Shown here piece after piece: positions 17,141 through 26,250 of a DNA stretch of 33,666 nt. How positions within the stretch are numbered: position 1 is the first letter of the stretch; every line of letters starts with the position of its first letter. This stretch comes from a virus. Its lineage: Duplodnaviria > Caudoviricetes. The stretch is taken from positions 1 through 33,666 of the IMG/VR virus record IMGVR_UViG_3300017747_003119. The stretch is one strand, 5' to 3'. The position numbers and the translations under genes are program-made. The notes beneath the pieces were generated by a model that saw only the letters and a list, made by a program, of their open reading frames with translations, was not told where the DNA came from and searched no databases.

Positions 17141-17940
17141 GTATTTCAACCGCACGAATTCGCCGTGAGTGCGAAGGCGGCACCTTCTGTCATGAAATGG
17201 CCTACGAGGTCTGTCGCGAGCGCGACGAACTCCAAGCCAGCTACGCCGCCCAAGCCGCCGAACTTTCCACGGCAAAAGCGGAGGCCGCAAGCCTTCGCGC
17301 ACAGCACGCCGAACTGAACGCCGAGCTTCTGGACTTGGCGCGCAGGTACGACCCGAACTGCGAGATATACGTGTACGAAGATCAGGCCAACGCGATGGAC
17401 GCCGCGCGGCAAACCGTGGAGGCGATGCAAGAACTTGCAGAGTTTCTCGGCCGCGATCCAGAGGGCTGTTTGGTCGATTGTGCCGACGAAGCCGCCGGGC
17501 GGATTGAACGTGCGGAAGACGAACTCGCGGAGTTGCGGGCGAAGCTGGAGGCGGCGGAGAGGGAACGTGATCAGGCTAACGGCTATTACGAAAAGTGTAT
17601 CGAACTGAACTCCGAGGCATCCGACAAGAACGAGCGATTGCATCGTGAAATAGCCGCCCTCCGCACCGCCGCCGCGCCGTTCGAGGATGAGCGGGTGGTC
17701 GATGAGGGGTGGCTAAAGGCAAACGGCTTTACCTTTCACGACGGACTCGGCGTTTGGCGACAAGAACTCCCGAGCCGCCGAGTGCTGGAAATAAACCTGT
17801 CGCCTTACGACCCCGGCATCTACTTCGCTCAAGACAAGCCCGGGGCACCAGTTCACGTTGTTCGCGCGACAAAGGAAGTGCCCGCCATCGGCCAACTCAA
17901 CCACCTGCTCGCCGCGCTCCGGCCGGGAGGGGTGAAGTGA
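17137..17940 (+). CDS. Coiled-coil hypothetical protein
   Basis: GTGA coupling. Heptad-rich middle and D..WLK.NGF C-terminal domain. Confidence 0.55.
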   Translation: MSISTARIRRECEGGTFCHEMAYEVCRERDELQASYAAQAAELSTAKAEAASLRAQHAELNAELLDLARRYDPNCEIYVYEDQANAMDAARQTVEAMQELAEFLGRDPEGCLVDCADEAAGRIERAEDELAELRAKLEAAERERDQANGYYEKCIELNSEASDKNERLHREIAALRTAAAPFEDERVVDEGWLKANGFTFHDGLGVWRQELPSRRVLEINLSPYDPGIYFAQDKPGAPVHVVRATKEVPAIGQLNHLLAALRPGGVK

Positions 17941-18335
17941 GCAAGCATAAGCACGACGAGCGATTTCTCGACACCGTCTATTTCGTTGAAGCGACCAGCT
18001 TCGAGTTGCAAATCCTCTGGCAGCGCAATGACGCCAAAAAGCGGCGAAATCGCGTCAAGTGGGAGGAGGATTTACGCGGCCTGTTCTTGGTGATCGGCGA
18101 CTTCTACGGACGTCCGGTAACTGTCCGTTTTTCCTTCGCGAAGCTGAACGGCAAGCGAGTCTGCTTTTACGAAGCGAGTAGTCAAGTCGTCAACTACGAA
18201 ATGGTGCGAGAGTTTCTCGAAAAAGAATGTGGCGTCAGTGGGCATTGCGATGCACAGAATTTTCACCTGTGCCTAGCTGCGGTCGAACACAACCCCCGCG
18301 AAGTCATCAAGGAAAGCGACGAGGCGACGCCGTGA
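17937..18335 (+). CDS. Hypothetical protein
   Basis: GTGA coupling, FVEATSFE..LW and FYEASSQVV segments. Confidence 0.55.
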   Translation: MSKHKHDERFLDTVYFVEATSFELQILWQRNDAKKRRNRVKWEEDLRGLFLVIGDFYGRPVTVRFSFAKLNGKRVCFYEASSQVVNYEMVREFLEKECGVSGHCDAQNFHLCLAAVEHNPREVIKESDEATP

Positions 18336-18760
18336 GAGACATCATCCGCATCGACGACTGCGACACGCGACGACCGCCGAACGACGGCGCACACGACGAC
18401 CTGCCGCCCTGCAAGAACTGCGGCCAAGACTTCGCCGAGCATCACAACGCGGAGAACGGTTGGCTGTGCCCGTATGAGTACCAGATGGATTCGGTTTACG
18501 GCTCGTTCTGCGGCGGCGACCCGCGCAACTTCTCGCCGGACTACGAATGCACGACGCCGAGAGAACTAGAGAACCATCGGAAGGCTTGCGAGGAAGCGGA
18601 GATCGCCGCGAATCCGAACCTGCCTTGCCCGAGCGGATGGGAGCGATTACCGGACGGCACGATTTGCCATGTGCTGCGATGCCCGTTCGGGCTGGGCGTG
18701 ACGACGTTTCCGCCGACGTACTACGAAACAACCAACGAAAGCGAGGCCGGAGATGAGTGA
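18332..18760 (+). CDS. Cys-rich hypothetical protein
   Basis: GTGA coupling, GGDPR.F.PD and FGLG.T segments. Confidence 0.55.
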   Translation: MRDIIRIDDCDTRRPPNDGAHDDLPPCKNCGQDFAEHHNAENGWLCPYEYQMDSVYGSFCGGDPRNFSPDYECTTPRELENHRKACEEAEIAANPNLPCPSGWERLPDGTICHVLRCPFGLGVTTFPPTYYETTNESEAGDE

Positions 18761-19088
18761 GCATAAGTACCCGCGATACGCAATGAATCGTGGCATTCGA
18801 TACCGCGTCGAGAGTCCGCTGTCTCGGCCGATGATGTTTGACTCGCGCGGAGCGCCGTCGCTTTCCTGGGCAACCGAGGCGGCTCTTGCGGCCGATCCCG
18901 ATACGACTTGGGATGACGACCCCGCCGCCGAACTCGTCGCGAAGGCGAGGGAAGCGGTGGGCGACATGCGACAGGCCGCCGGTCTGCTTCGCGCCAACTA
19001 CAACTACTTCGTTGCCGCTCGAATTGAAGAAAACGCCGACTCCCTCGCCGCCGAACTCGACGCTTACGCGAAAGGCGGTGCGAAGTGA
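18753..19088 (+). CDS. Hypothetical protein
   Basis: Operon packing. Confidence 0.5.
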   Translation: MSEHKYPRYAMNRGIRYRVESPLSRPMMFDSRGAPSLSWATEAALAADPDTTWDDDPAAELVAKAREAVGDMRQAAGLLRANYNYFVAARIEENADSLAAELDAYAKGGAK

Positions 19089-19609
19089 GCGACAAGGCAC
19101 CGGCAAATAAAGTCGAGTTCTACCGCCGTTACATGCTCGGCGAGTTCGGCAATCGGCCGCGCACTTGGGCTAGTCGTGAAGAACTTGCGACGAGCGGCTA
19201 CGAAGGTCGTGTCACGATTCGTTCTTTGGAATCCGGCGGACGCTGCCTGTTTCAAGTGCCGGTCGAACATGCCTTGAACTCAGATGGCGATTGTCGGTTT
19301 AACGAGTCGATGCCCGACGACGCCCTGTTGATCCAAGGCGAAGTGTGCTTGCGGGAAGATGGGATGTGGTTGACCTTCAGCCAAGAGCGAGGGCTCACGA
19401 TGCGCGAAGCCATGCGGCAATCAAACACAGTACGCAACATCGTCGCCCATCGGCTGCTTGAGAAGCACATGGACCCAAATAGCTACGACGATGTTATGTG
19501 CCTACTGCTGAAGTACCGAGACGCGGCCGTTGAGTTCGGCACCTACTCAGTAAAGGTCGGCAATTGTCCGCACCGCAATACCGTCATTTGGGAGGTTCGC
19601 AATTACTAA
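19085..19609 (+). CDS. Hypothetical protein, possibly enzyme-like
   Basis: Globular-looking 174 aa ORF ending VEF......G.....IWEVRNY. Confidence 0.6.
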   Translation: MSDKAPANKVEFYRRYMLGEFGNRPRTWASREELATSGYEGRVTIRSLESGGRCLFQVPVEHALNSDGDCRFNESMPDDALLIQGEVCLREDGMWLTFSQERGLTMREAMRQSNTVRNIVAHRLLEKHMDPNSYDDVMCLLLKYRDAAVEFGTYSVKVGNCPHRNTVIWEVRNY

Positions 19610-19610
19610 C

Positions 19611-20354
19611 ATGACCACCAAACCCCGCCCTAAACACCTCACCCTCCGCCCCAACGAAGTCGCTCGCTTTTTGCGGCCGAGCGGGCTGGTTGTGATGCCA
19701 CTGAAGGATCAGCCCGTCGATATCGGCGGTGGCGAGTTCCAAATGCGCGTCGGACGCAACCGATACACGACGAATCGAATCATTGAGCGGGACTTCAAAG
19801 AGCGCAAGAAGATTGCCGAGCGTGAGTATCTGCGCCCACTTGACGAGTGGCTATTGCCTCGCTGCCCCCTCGGCGGCCCCGGCGATCAGTGGGTCGGGAA
19901 AGAAAGCTACGCATTCGTTGAAGGCCAGCGCGACGAGACCGGCAAAGACGCGGATTGCATTTGGTATCGAGCCGACGGCGCATGTCGCTTCCACGATGGT
20001 TCGTTTTGGGCCGCTGGAATCGACGAGGCGAACGCGCAAGTCTGGCAATGGAAGTCCGCCGCAACCATGCCGCTCGACTTCGCCCGCATCCGCAAAACCA
20101 CAACCCGCGTCGAACTGCGGCGGGTGCGGACGATTACGGAGGCGGAGGCCAAGGAAGTCGGCGTCGAACCCGGCTGCCTTACGTGCGGCGAGAACTGCAT
20201 TGACCGTGGCGGTTGCGGTTGCTGCCGACCGGATTATCGCGATTCGTTCATTGGCGAATTCTCGACCCGTGCAAACGCCCGCTACCCCGGCGCATGGGAC
20301 CGCGACGACTACGCATGGTTTGTTTTTTACACCGACACTCTTGGAAAGGACTGA
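19611..20354 (+). CDS. ASCH-related phage protein
   Basis: CPLG.PGD....KE, WYRAD, W.S...MP..FARI...T.V..RRV..I.E.EA..G and W....W motifs. Confidence 0.6.
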   Translation: MTTKPRPKHLTLRPNEVARFLRPSGLVVMPLKDQPVDIGGGEFQMRVGRNRYTTNRIIERDFKERKKIAEREYLRPLDEWLLPRCPLGGPGDQWVGKESYAFVEGQRDETGKDADCIWYRADGACRFHDGSFWAAGIDEANAQVWQWKSAATMPLDFARIRKTTTRVELRRVRTITEAEAKEVGVEPGCLTCGENCIDRGGCGCCRPDYRDSFIGEFSTRANARYPGAWDRDDYAWFVFYTDTLGKD

Positions 20355-20358
20355 GACG

Positions 20359-20607
20359 ATGGCAAATGAAACGAAGCAGCGCACCCGTCGCCGCATGAGG
20401 CCCGTGCAAGTGAACTGCTTCATCGGTGTGCAATACGGCCTTCCGATGGAGTTCACCGCGCGAAGCCTGCGGAAGGATGTGTGGAAGTATCTGATCAACG
20501 AATACTGGGCCGAGCCGGCAACTAAGAAGCAACTCGTTAAAGCTGGCTGGAAGGTGCTGAAACTCAGGGGCCACGTGATCGTGGACGTAGCGTCATGCCG
20601 TCGCTAG
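20359..20607 (+). CDS. Hypothetical basic protein
   Basis: AAGGA RBS, ATG 20359. Confidence 0.5.
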   Translation: MANETKQRTRRRMRPVQVNCFIGVQYGLPMEFTARSLRKDVWKYLINEYWAEPATKKQLVKAGWKVLKLRGHVIVDVASCRR

Positions 20608-20677
20608 CCACCAACCCCCGCGCCCCCCCCATGACCACCCTACTCCCGCCGCCGACAGCCGAGATCGCGGAGTATCT

Positions 20678-21400
20678 ATGACTAAGCAACTGACGTTCGG
20701 AAGCTTGTTCGCGGGTATCGGCGGCTTCGATTTAGGTTTCGAGCGGGCCGGCATGGTCTGCAAGTGGCAAGTGGAGATCGATGACTATGCAAACCGAGTC
20801 CTTGAAAAGCATTGGCCCGACGTTAAGCGATACCGCGACGTGCGCGAGTGCGGAGCCGCCAACCTTGAACCCGTTGACGTTATTTGCGGCGGATTCCCTT
20901 GCGTCAACATATCGAGCCTCGGAGATCGCGCCGGAATCGAAGGCGTTGAAGATGGCAGCGGATTGTGGCGCGAAGCTATCCGAATCGTTCGCGACATACG
21001 ACCCGGCATCTTCGTCGTGGAGAACGTCGCAGAAATCACTTTTCGGGGGGCTGGCGATGTTCTCGGGGACTTGGCCGCGAGCGGGTATCTCGGTGCTTGG
21101 CAATGCCTACCGGCTGCCGCCTTTGGTGCCCCGCACTACCGGGACCGATTCTTTTGCTTGGGTGTGGATCGGCACTCCATCGGCCGCTATGGCGGTGCGA
21201 TCAAAGCGTTTTCAACGAAGTTCATCCCCGACGCCGGCGGAAGTAGCGCAGTCACTTGGCGGGCATCCGAATCCAGCGTGGATCGAATCGCTAATGGGGT
21301 TCCCTCAAGGGTGGACCGAAATCGCTGCCTCGGAAACGCCGTCGTCCCTCAAGTCGCCGAGTGGATCGGACGCCGAATCGTAGAAGCCGCGACCCCCTGA
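20678..21400 (+). CDS. DNA (cytosine-5) methyltransferase, large (alpha-like) polypeptide
   Basis: Motif I LFAGIGG, motif IV GGFPC, motif VI ENV, motif VIII PH.R.R.F and motif X LGNAVVP are present. Motif IX is absent in this frame. Confidence 0.92.
   Translation: MTKQLTFGSLFAGIGGFDLGFERAGMVCKWQVEIDDYANRVLEKHWPDVKRYRDVRECGAANLEPVDVICGGFPCVNISSLGDRAGIEGVEDGSGLWREAIRIVRDIRPGIFVVENVAEITFRGAGDVLGDLAASGYLGAWQCLPAAAFGAPHYRDRFFCLGVDRHSIGRYGGAIKAFSTKFIPDAGGSSAVTWRASESSVDRIANGVPSRVDRNRCLGNAVVPQVAEWIGRRIVEAATP
20781..21383 (+). CDS. Nested alternative-frame MTase small (beta-like) polypeptide; start could be ATG 20781, 20787 or 20952
   Basis: 200-codon open +1 frame inside the MTase, containing motif IX-like NPAWIESLMGFPQGWT. 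Confidence 0.7.
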   Translation: MTMQTESLKSIGPTLSDTATCASAEPPTLNPLTLFAADSLASTYRASEIAPESKALKMAADCGAKLSESFATYDPASSSWRTSQKSLFGGLAMFSGTWPRAGISVLGNAYRLPPLVPRTTGTDSFAWVWIGTPSAAMAVRSKRFQRSSSPTPAEVAQSLGGHPNPAWIESLMGFPQGWTEIAASETPSSLKSPSGSDAES

Positions 21401-21480
21401 ACTCCCACTCGCGGCTGTGCCGGACTGTCGCGGAGTTGCGCGTGGTGGTGGGGATTGAGAAATTTTAGGAGACGGTCGGC

Positions 21481-22239
21481 ATGAAGCCTTATTACGAAGA
21501 TACCAAGAGCGGGATTGTGATTTACCACGGGGATTGCCGGGAGGTATTGCCGACGCTGACTGCGGCGACGATGACACTCACCGATCCTCCGTATGGCATC
21601 ACGGCAAATAAGTGGGACCGCCTCGTTGATCTTGCTGAGTGGTGGCCGATGATTCGCCGGGTTTGTGCTGGGCCTGTTGTGGCGACAGCCTCGCAGCCGT
21701 TCACGTCGATGCTCGTAGCGAGCAATTACGATGAGTTCCGGCACGAATGGATATGGCGAAAGAATCGCGGCAGTAACTTTGCCAATACCGTTCGCGAGCC
21801 AATGAAGGAGCACGAATCGGTGCTGGTCTTTGCGAAATCGAAATGGACGTACAACGCGCAGCGAGAGATTCGTCGCGGCAGCGGTGCCGAGCGAGCCGAA
21901 TACAAGGTCGCATGGAATCCCGGCGGCAGTAACTATCGGGAGTTCGCACCCCGCGAAGCTGTTGAATTATCCGCCGATCGAGTGCCGTCGTCGGTCCAAG
22001 AGTTTAATACGGAAACTGGCCTTCATCCAACGCAAAAACCCTTGAAGTTATTTGCCTATCTAGTTCTGACGTACAGCAACACGGGCGACTCGATTCTCGA
22101 TCCATTCGCAGGTTCAGGCACTACGCTCCGCGCCGCAAAAGATGCAGGGCGAAAGGCGATAGGTATCGAGACGAGTGAAGCCTACTGCGAGATCGCCGCC
22201 AAACGCCTAGAGCAGCAAGTCTTGCAGTTCACCGACTAG
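21481..22239 (+). CDS. DNA adenine-N6/cytosine-N4 methyltransferase (beta class)
   Basis: GDC.EVL, DPPY, HPTQKP and ILDPFAGSGTT motifs in beta order. Confidence 0.92.
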   Translation: MKPYYEDTKSGIVIYHGDCREVLPTLTAATMTLTDPPYGITANKWDRLVDLAEWWPMIRRVCAGPVVATASQPFTSMLVASNYDEFRHEWIWRKNRGSNFANTVREPMKEHESVLVFAKSKWTYNAQREIRRGSGAERAEYKVAWNPGGSNYREFAPREAVELSADRVPSSVQEFNTETGLHPTQKPLKLFAYLVLTYSNTGDSILDPFAGSGTTLRAAKDAGRKAIGIETSEAYCEIAAKRLEQQVLQFTD

Positions 22240-22317
22240 CAACCACCTAGCCGCGAGTGATGAGTTTTGACCCTGATTTTTCGAGCGCAAACAATGGCAC
22301 GAAATGAACCGATCGTG

Positions 22318-22414
22318 TATAAAGAAAGCGGCCCGCAGAAGTGCGATCAACACCGCTGCGGGCCTGACCAATACGTCCTGGTAAGAGGAACGATCATGGC
22401 TGCTCTCAGCCTAT
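22318..22414 (+). promoter_or_regulatory. HNH leader cassette, copy 1 (-10 box, covarying hairpin, RBS hairpin)
   Basis: Similar in sequence and structure to 27455-27558. Confidence 0.6.
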
Positions 22415-22572
22415 ACGCTCGCGCATGCCGATTCAAGACGGCTATTCTTTCGCGGGAATTGTTCGCTTTTCAGGCCGTTTCACGCGCTTAGTTCCACGTT
22501 GACGTGCAGCACGGTTTGCTGCGCGCAGAGATTCACGGACGCTCCGAACGAATCGGGGATAGGGGGCACGGA

Positions 22573-23052
22573 ATGGCAACGGCATCGACAAGCCTGTATC
22601 AGCAACTTCTCAACGATCCCCGCTGGCAAAAAAAGCGGCTCGAAATCTTTAATCGAGATAACTGGCGTTGCGTGCGTTGCGGAAACGGAGCGGTGACGCT
22701 CCACGTTCATCACGCCTATTACAAACATGGCATGAACCCTTGGGACTACCCAGAGGATTCGCTTTCAACGCTTTGCGCGAACTGCCATGGTGCCGAGCAC
22801 GGCAAGACTCCGGGCGGCAATGCGTTGCAACGCAGGCCGGCCTTTCGGCCCTATCTGCCAACGCCCGAAGAGCGCAATCGCGACATTCTGAATTGGCTTA
22901 AAAACGCTCGTTTTGTTTGGTGGCTTAGGCAGCATCCTGGTCAAGAGCACGAATACGTTCACGACGATTCGCCGCCTACAGCCGAGGAGTACACAAAGTT
23001 TGACGAAGTGTCGCGAGCCTACAACGAAACCTACTCCAAGGGAGTTCGGTAG
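22573..23052 (+). CDS. HNH endonuclease
   Basis: Y..LL.DPRWQKKRLEI..RD...C..CG....LHVHH..Y.....W.Y....L.TLC..CH..EH. Confidence 0.85.
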   Translation: MATASTSLYQQLLNDPRWQKKRLEIFNRDNWRCVRCGNGAVTLHVHHAYYKHGMNPWDYPEDSLSTLCANCHGAEHGKTPGGNALQRRPAFRPYLPTPEERNRDILNWLKNARFVWWLRQHPGQEHEYVHDDSPPTAEEYTKFDEVSRAYNETYSKGVR

Positions 23053-23897
23053 TGGCACGCATCCGAACCATCAAGCCGGAGTTCTGGACGTCGGAGCAGA
23101 TCGTCGAATGCTCGCGGGACGCTCGGCTCCTGTTCATCGGCCTGTGGAACTTCTGCGACGACGGCGGCGTACACCCGGCATCGATCAAACGAATCAAGAT
23201 GGAGATTTTCCCCGGCGACGACCTGACCGCTGACGACTTGCAGAATCTCGTCGACGAACTCGTCGACAACGAACTGGTTGATGTATTCGAGTCGCAAGGC
23301 AAGACGTACTGGCACGTTGCGAGTTGGGATAAGCACCAGAAGATCGATCGCCCAAGCTACAAGTTTCCGCAATTCGTCGAACGTTCGACGAACGATCATC
23401 GAACGATCGACGATCGTTCACCCCCGGAACGGAAGGGAACGGAAACGGAAGGGAGTCTAAAGGAAACGGAAGAGGGATCGTCGAAGCCGTTCTCTGGCAA
23501 GTCGGCTTTCGCTCCTTTGACTGCCGATAGCCTGTCCGATCCCGAGCAGGTGCTTGAGTGGCTGATTGAGCAGCAGGACAAAGGCTCGCCGGTCGTTAGC
23601 AACTCACAAGCCGATGTGATCAACGTTCTGGCTGCGGCGCATCAGGTGACGCACAGCAAGTCGGCCAAGAACCCGCCGGCCGTGTTTGCATCGATCGTGG
23701 CGAAGCGGAAGTGGGGCGACGTCGGGGCGGCATCCGTAGATCGTGCTCGAAAGCAGTTGCTTGCCATAGAGGCCCGCAGCCGGCCGCCGCCTGGGGCCGG
23801 GTTTGCGGCGATCGGACTCGACATTTCCAAACTCTACACGGACGGAAGCAATGGTAACGGCAGCACAGAAGGCAGCGATACGGAAGGCGCAAGATGA
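23052..23897 (+). CDS. Phage replication initiator / replisome organizer
   Basis: MARIRTIKPEFWTSE...ARLLFIGLWNFCDD.G and W.KHQKIDRPS motifs. Directly precedes DnaB. Confidence 0.8.
   Translation: MARIRTIKPEFWTSEQIVECSRDARLLFIGLWNFCDDGGVHPASIKRIKMEIFPGDDLTADDLQNLVDELVDNELVDVFESQGKTYWHVASWDKHQKIDRPSYKFPQFVERSTNDHRTIDDRSPPERKGTETEGSLKETEEGSSKPFSGKSAFAPLTADSLSDPEQVLEWLIEQQDKGSPVVSNSQADVINVLAAAHQVTHSKSAKNPPAVFASIVAKRKWGDVGAASVDRARKQLLAIEARSRPPPGAGFAAIGLDISKLYTDGSNGNGSTEGSDTEGAR
23373..23477. repeat. Palindromes plus purine-rich repeats within the initiator gene (candidate origin)
   Basis: Perfect 20-bp palindrome TTCGTCGAACGTTCGACGAA, inverted repeat GAACGATCG-A-CGATCGTTC, then GGAA(A)C/GGAAG repeats. 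Confidence 0.5.
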
Positions 23898-25233
23898 GCC
23901 GATGCCGCACTCGACCGAGGCGGAGTCGGGCGTCATCTCCAGCGTCCTGCTGGATAGCCGAATGCTTGACGACGTTCTGTTGGTCGTAACTGCGGCGGAT
24001 TTCTTCTCAGAGGATCACCGACGAATCTTCGAGCTGATCGTCGAGCTGCACAACGCGAACAAGCCTTTCGACTTTTTGATTCTCGCGGAGAAGTTGCGGG
24101 CGATCAAAGACGCAACCGAACGGGAGCGGATGCTCGGGGTTCTGTCCGATGTCTCCGAAACGGTCCCGACTGCGGCGCATGCCGTGTGGTATGCGAAGAT
24201 CGTGCGCACCGCGTCGATCAAACGCGAGATCGTATCAACCGGCTTTCACATGCTTCGGAAGGGGCAAGACGCGGAGGACGCCGACGAGTTGCTGGCGGAA
24301 GCTGAGTCGATGATCTTCGCGCTGTCGGAGAAGCGTACCGGCCTAGACGCGGCGACGATGGGCGATGTGCTATTCGCTGCGATGGAGGGATTGGCGACAC
24401 GCTCCAAGGGCGTGCCGGCGGGAGTGAGGACCGGCATTGCTTCGCTGGATCAGCGTCACAACGGAATGCGACCCGGCGAACTGGTCATTCTTGCGGCGCG
24501 GCCGAGCATGGGTAAGACGGCGCTTGCTGTTTGCATCGCTCGAAACGCGGCGATGCAGTACGGAAAGTCCGTGCTATTCGTGTCGCTTGAAATGTCGCGG
24601 CTGGAGATCGGCGAGCGAATCTTGTGCGGTCACGGCCGCATCGACTTTCAACGATTCCGCAACGGCTGCCTACATCGGGCCGAGTCTCGCCAAGCGATTG
24701 AATCGCAAAGCGAACTTTCGGCGGCGAAGATTTGCGTGGACGATCACGCGACGCGAACCGTGTCGGAGATCGGAGCGATGGCACGCCGGCAGAAGCGGCG
24801 AATGGGCCTAGACCTACTCGTCATCGACTACCTGCAACTCGTCAGGCCCGACAACACCAAGGACCAACGGCAGGAGCAGGTGGCGAAGATCGGCCGCAGC
24901 CTCAAAGGCTTGGCGCGGGAACTGAATGTGCCGGTGCTCTGTTTGTCGCAACTCAACCGCGAGTCGGAAAAGTCCGGCGACAACAAGCCGAAACTACACC
25001 ACCTGCGGGAGTCCGGCGCTATCGAGCAAGACGCCGACGTCGTGTGGTTCATTCATCGTGAGGCGTACTACATGCCGGAAGGGCCGGACAAGGACGCGAA
25101 AATCCGCGAGGCGGAAATCATCACGGCGAAGTTCCGCAACGGTCAATGCGGACCAAGCCGAGCGACATGGCTGGGAGAGTACGGCATTTTTGAGAACGCG
25201 ACGGCAACCATAGAGGAGCACGACTTCACATGA
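23851..25233 (+). CDS. dnaB: Replicative DNA helicase
   Basis: PHS.EAE..V, Walker A AARPSMGKT, SLEMS, IDYLQL, LSQLNR and LRESGAIEQDAD motifs. Confidence 0.97.
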   Translation: MVTAAQKAAIRKAQDEPMPHSTEAESGVISSVLLDSRMLDDVLLVVTAADFFSEDHRRIFELIVELHNANKPFDFLILAEKLRAIKDATERERMLGVLSDVSETVPTAAHAVWYAKIVRTASIKREIVSTGFHMLRKGQDAEDADELLAEAESMIFALSEKRTGLDAATMGDVLFAAMEGLATRSKGVPAGVRTGIASLDQRHNGMRPGELVILAARPSMGKTALAVCIARNAAMQYGKSVLFVSLEMSRLEIGERILCGHGRIDFQRFRNGCLHRAESRQAIESQSELSAAKICVDDHATRTVSEIGAMARRQKRRMGLDLLVIDYLQLVRPDNTKDQRQEQVAKIGRSLKGLARELNVPVLCLSQLNRESEKSGDNKPKLHHLRESGAIEQDADVVWFIHREAYYMPEGPDKDAKIREAEIITAKFRNGQCGPSRATWLGEYGIFENATATIEEHDFT

Positions 25234-25592
25234 TCCAGCAAACGAAGCGCGGCCCGAAACCCGGCAGCAAACTCGCAACCTACACCGACGAGCAACTCGC
25301 GGAAGTCCGCCGCTTGATCCGGCTCGGCATGTCGTACTCGTACATCCGCAAGCACACGAAGGTGTGCGAATCGTCGGTGTGCAACATTGCGAAGGAGATG
25401 ACCGGCCAAGTTCGCAATCGGCTTACATGGTCGCCGGGCCGCAATCGCTCCAACGGGCGTTGTGCGGTGTGCAACTCGCCGAAGGTGCGAGGCGACTACG
25501 GAAGCCGCTGCGTGTTGTGCGATGCGAAGGCTGAAGCGGAACGGCAACTGGCGGCGCGGCGGAAGGAACTTCAACGAAACGGGGTGGTGTGA
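25230..25592 (+). CDS. HTH plus Zn-finger protein
   Basis: GMSYSYIRKHTKVCESSV helix-turn-helix-like segment and two CxxC motifs. Confidence 0.55.
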   Translation: MIQQTKRGPKPGSKLATYTDEQLAEVRRLIRLGMSYSYIRKHTKVCESSVCNIAKEMTGQVRNRLTWSPGRNRSNGRCAVCNSPKVRGDYGSRCVLCDAKAEAERQLAARRKELQRNGVV

Positions 25593-26110
25593 TGTGTTTC
25601 GACAACGACCACGACTGGTACGCGAGCCTAAGCGAGGACACGACGGGGCCGGCGACTGAGTCGCAACGGTGCGACGAGTGCCGTACAAAGAGCGCCATCG
25701 GCGAAACGTGCCGCCGCATTTACCAGCAAGAGCACGAAGAGTGCCGGATTTGCGAGAACGATTGCTCGGACGAATTCATTGACCGTGGCGAGATGGAAAA
25801 ACTTCTCGGCACCGAAGACGACGAGTGGGCACGATCGCAAATTGAAACGCTGCACGACCACAAGCACGATTACGGCGAGACGTACGAATACTATTGCTGC
25901 GAAGCCTGCGACAAGGTTCGCCGCGCCGTCGTGGCTCGCGAGAAGCAAGAAGGTTGCCCGAATGATTCGCAACAGCCGGCACTTGGCGAATTGTGGGAGG
26001 CGCTCGGCGAGCATGACGACCGCGCCGAATATGCCAAGCACGCTCTTGCGATGTTTCCCGAGTTAACCGGCCTGCCTTGGTTGATGCGACTACTGGAGGA
26101 GCGGGAATGA
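25589..26110 (+). CDS. Cys-rich hypothetical protein
   Basis: CDEC...I..GE and C..C motifs, coupled start. Confidence 0.55.
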   Translation: MMCFDNDHDWYASLSEDTTGPATESQRCDECRTKSAIGETCRRIYQQEHEECRICENDCSDEFIDRGEMEKLLGTEDDEWARSQIETLHDHKHDYGETYEYYCCEACDKVRRAVVAREKQEGCPNDSQQPALGELWEALGEHDDRAEYAKHALAMFPELTGLPWLMRLLEERE

Positions 26111-26250
26111 TTGATCCCGACGAAATCTACGAAGCCGACGAGCGCGAGGCGATCCGTCAGGAATCTTGCGGCGAGCCGATTGAGATCGTGAGACGGAATC
26201 CGCAGACCGGAGAATTGATTCAGGAACCAACGAAAGGGAGTGCGCGATGA
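26107..26250 (+). CDS. Small hypothetical protein (47 aa, not in ORF track)
   Basis: ATGA-coupled at both ends, GGAGG RBS. MIDPDEIYEADEREAIRQES... Confidence 0.5.
   Translation: MIDPDEIYEADEREAIRQESCGEPIEIVRRNPQTGELIQEPTKGSAR

Noticed and set aside
21401-21480. Possible hairpin between the two MTase genes
   Set aside because: Pairing is short and imperfect, with no second copy or U-tract.
20678-23052. Two MTases plus HNH as a restriction-modification system
   Set aside because: Orphan MTases and this small HNH type are common in phage early regions, and the HNH has its own leader and is coupled to replication genes.
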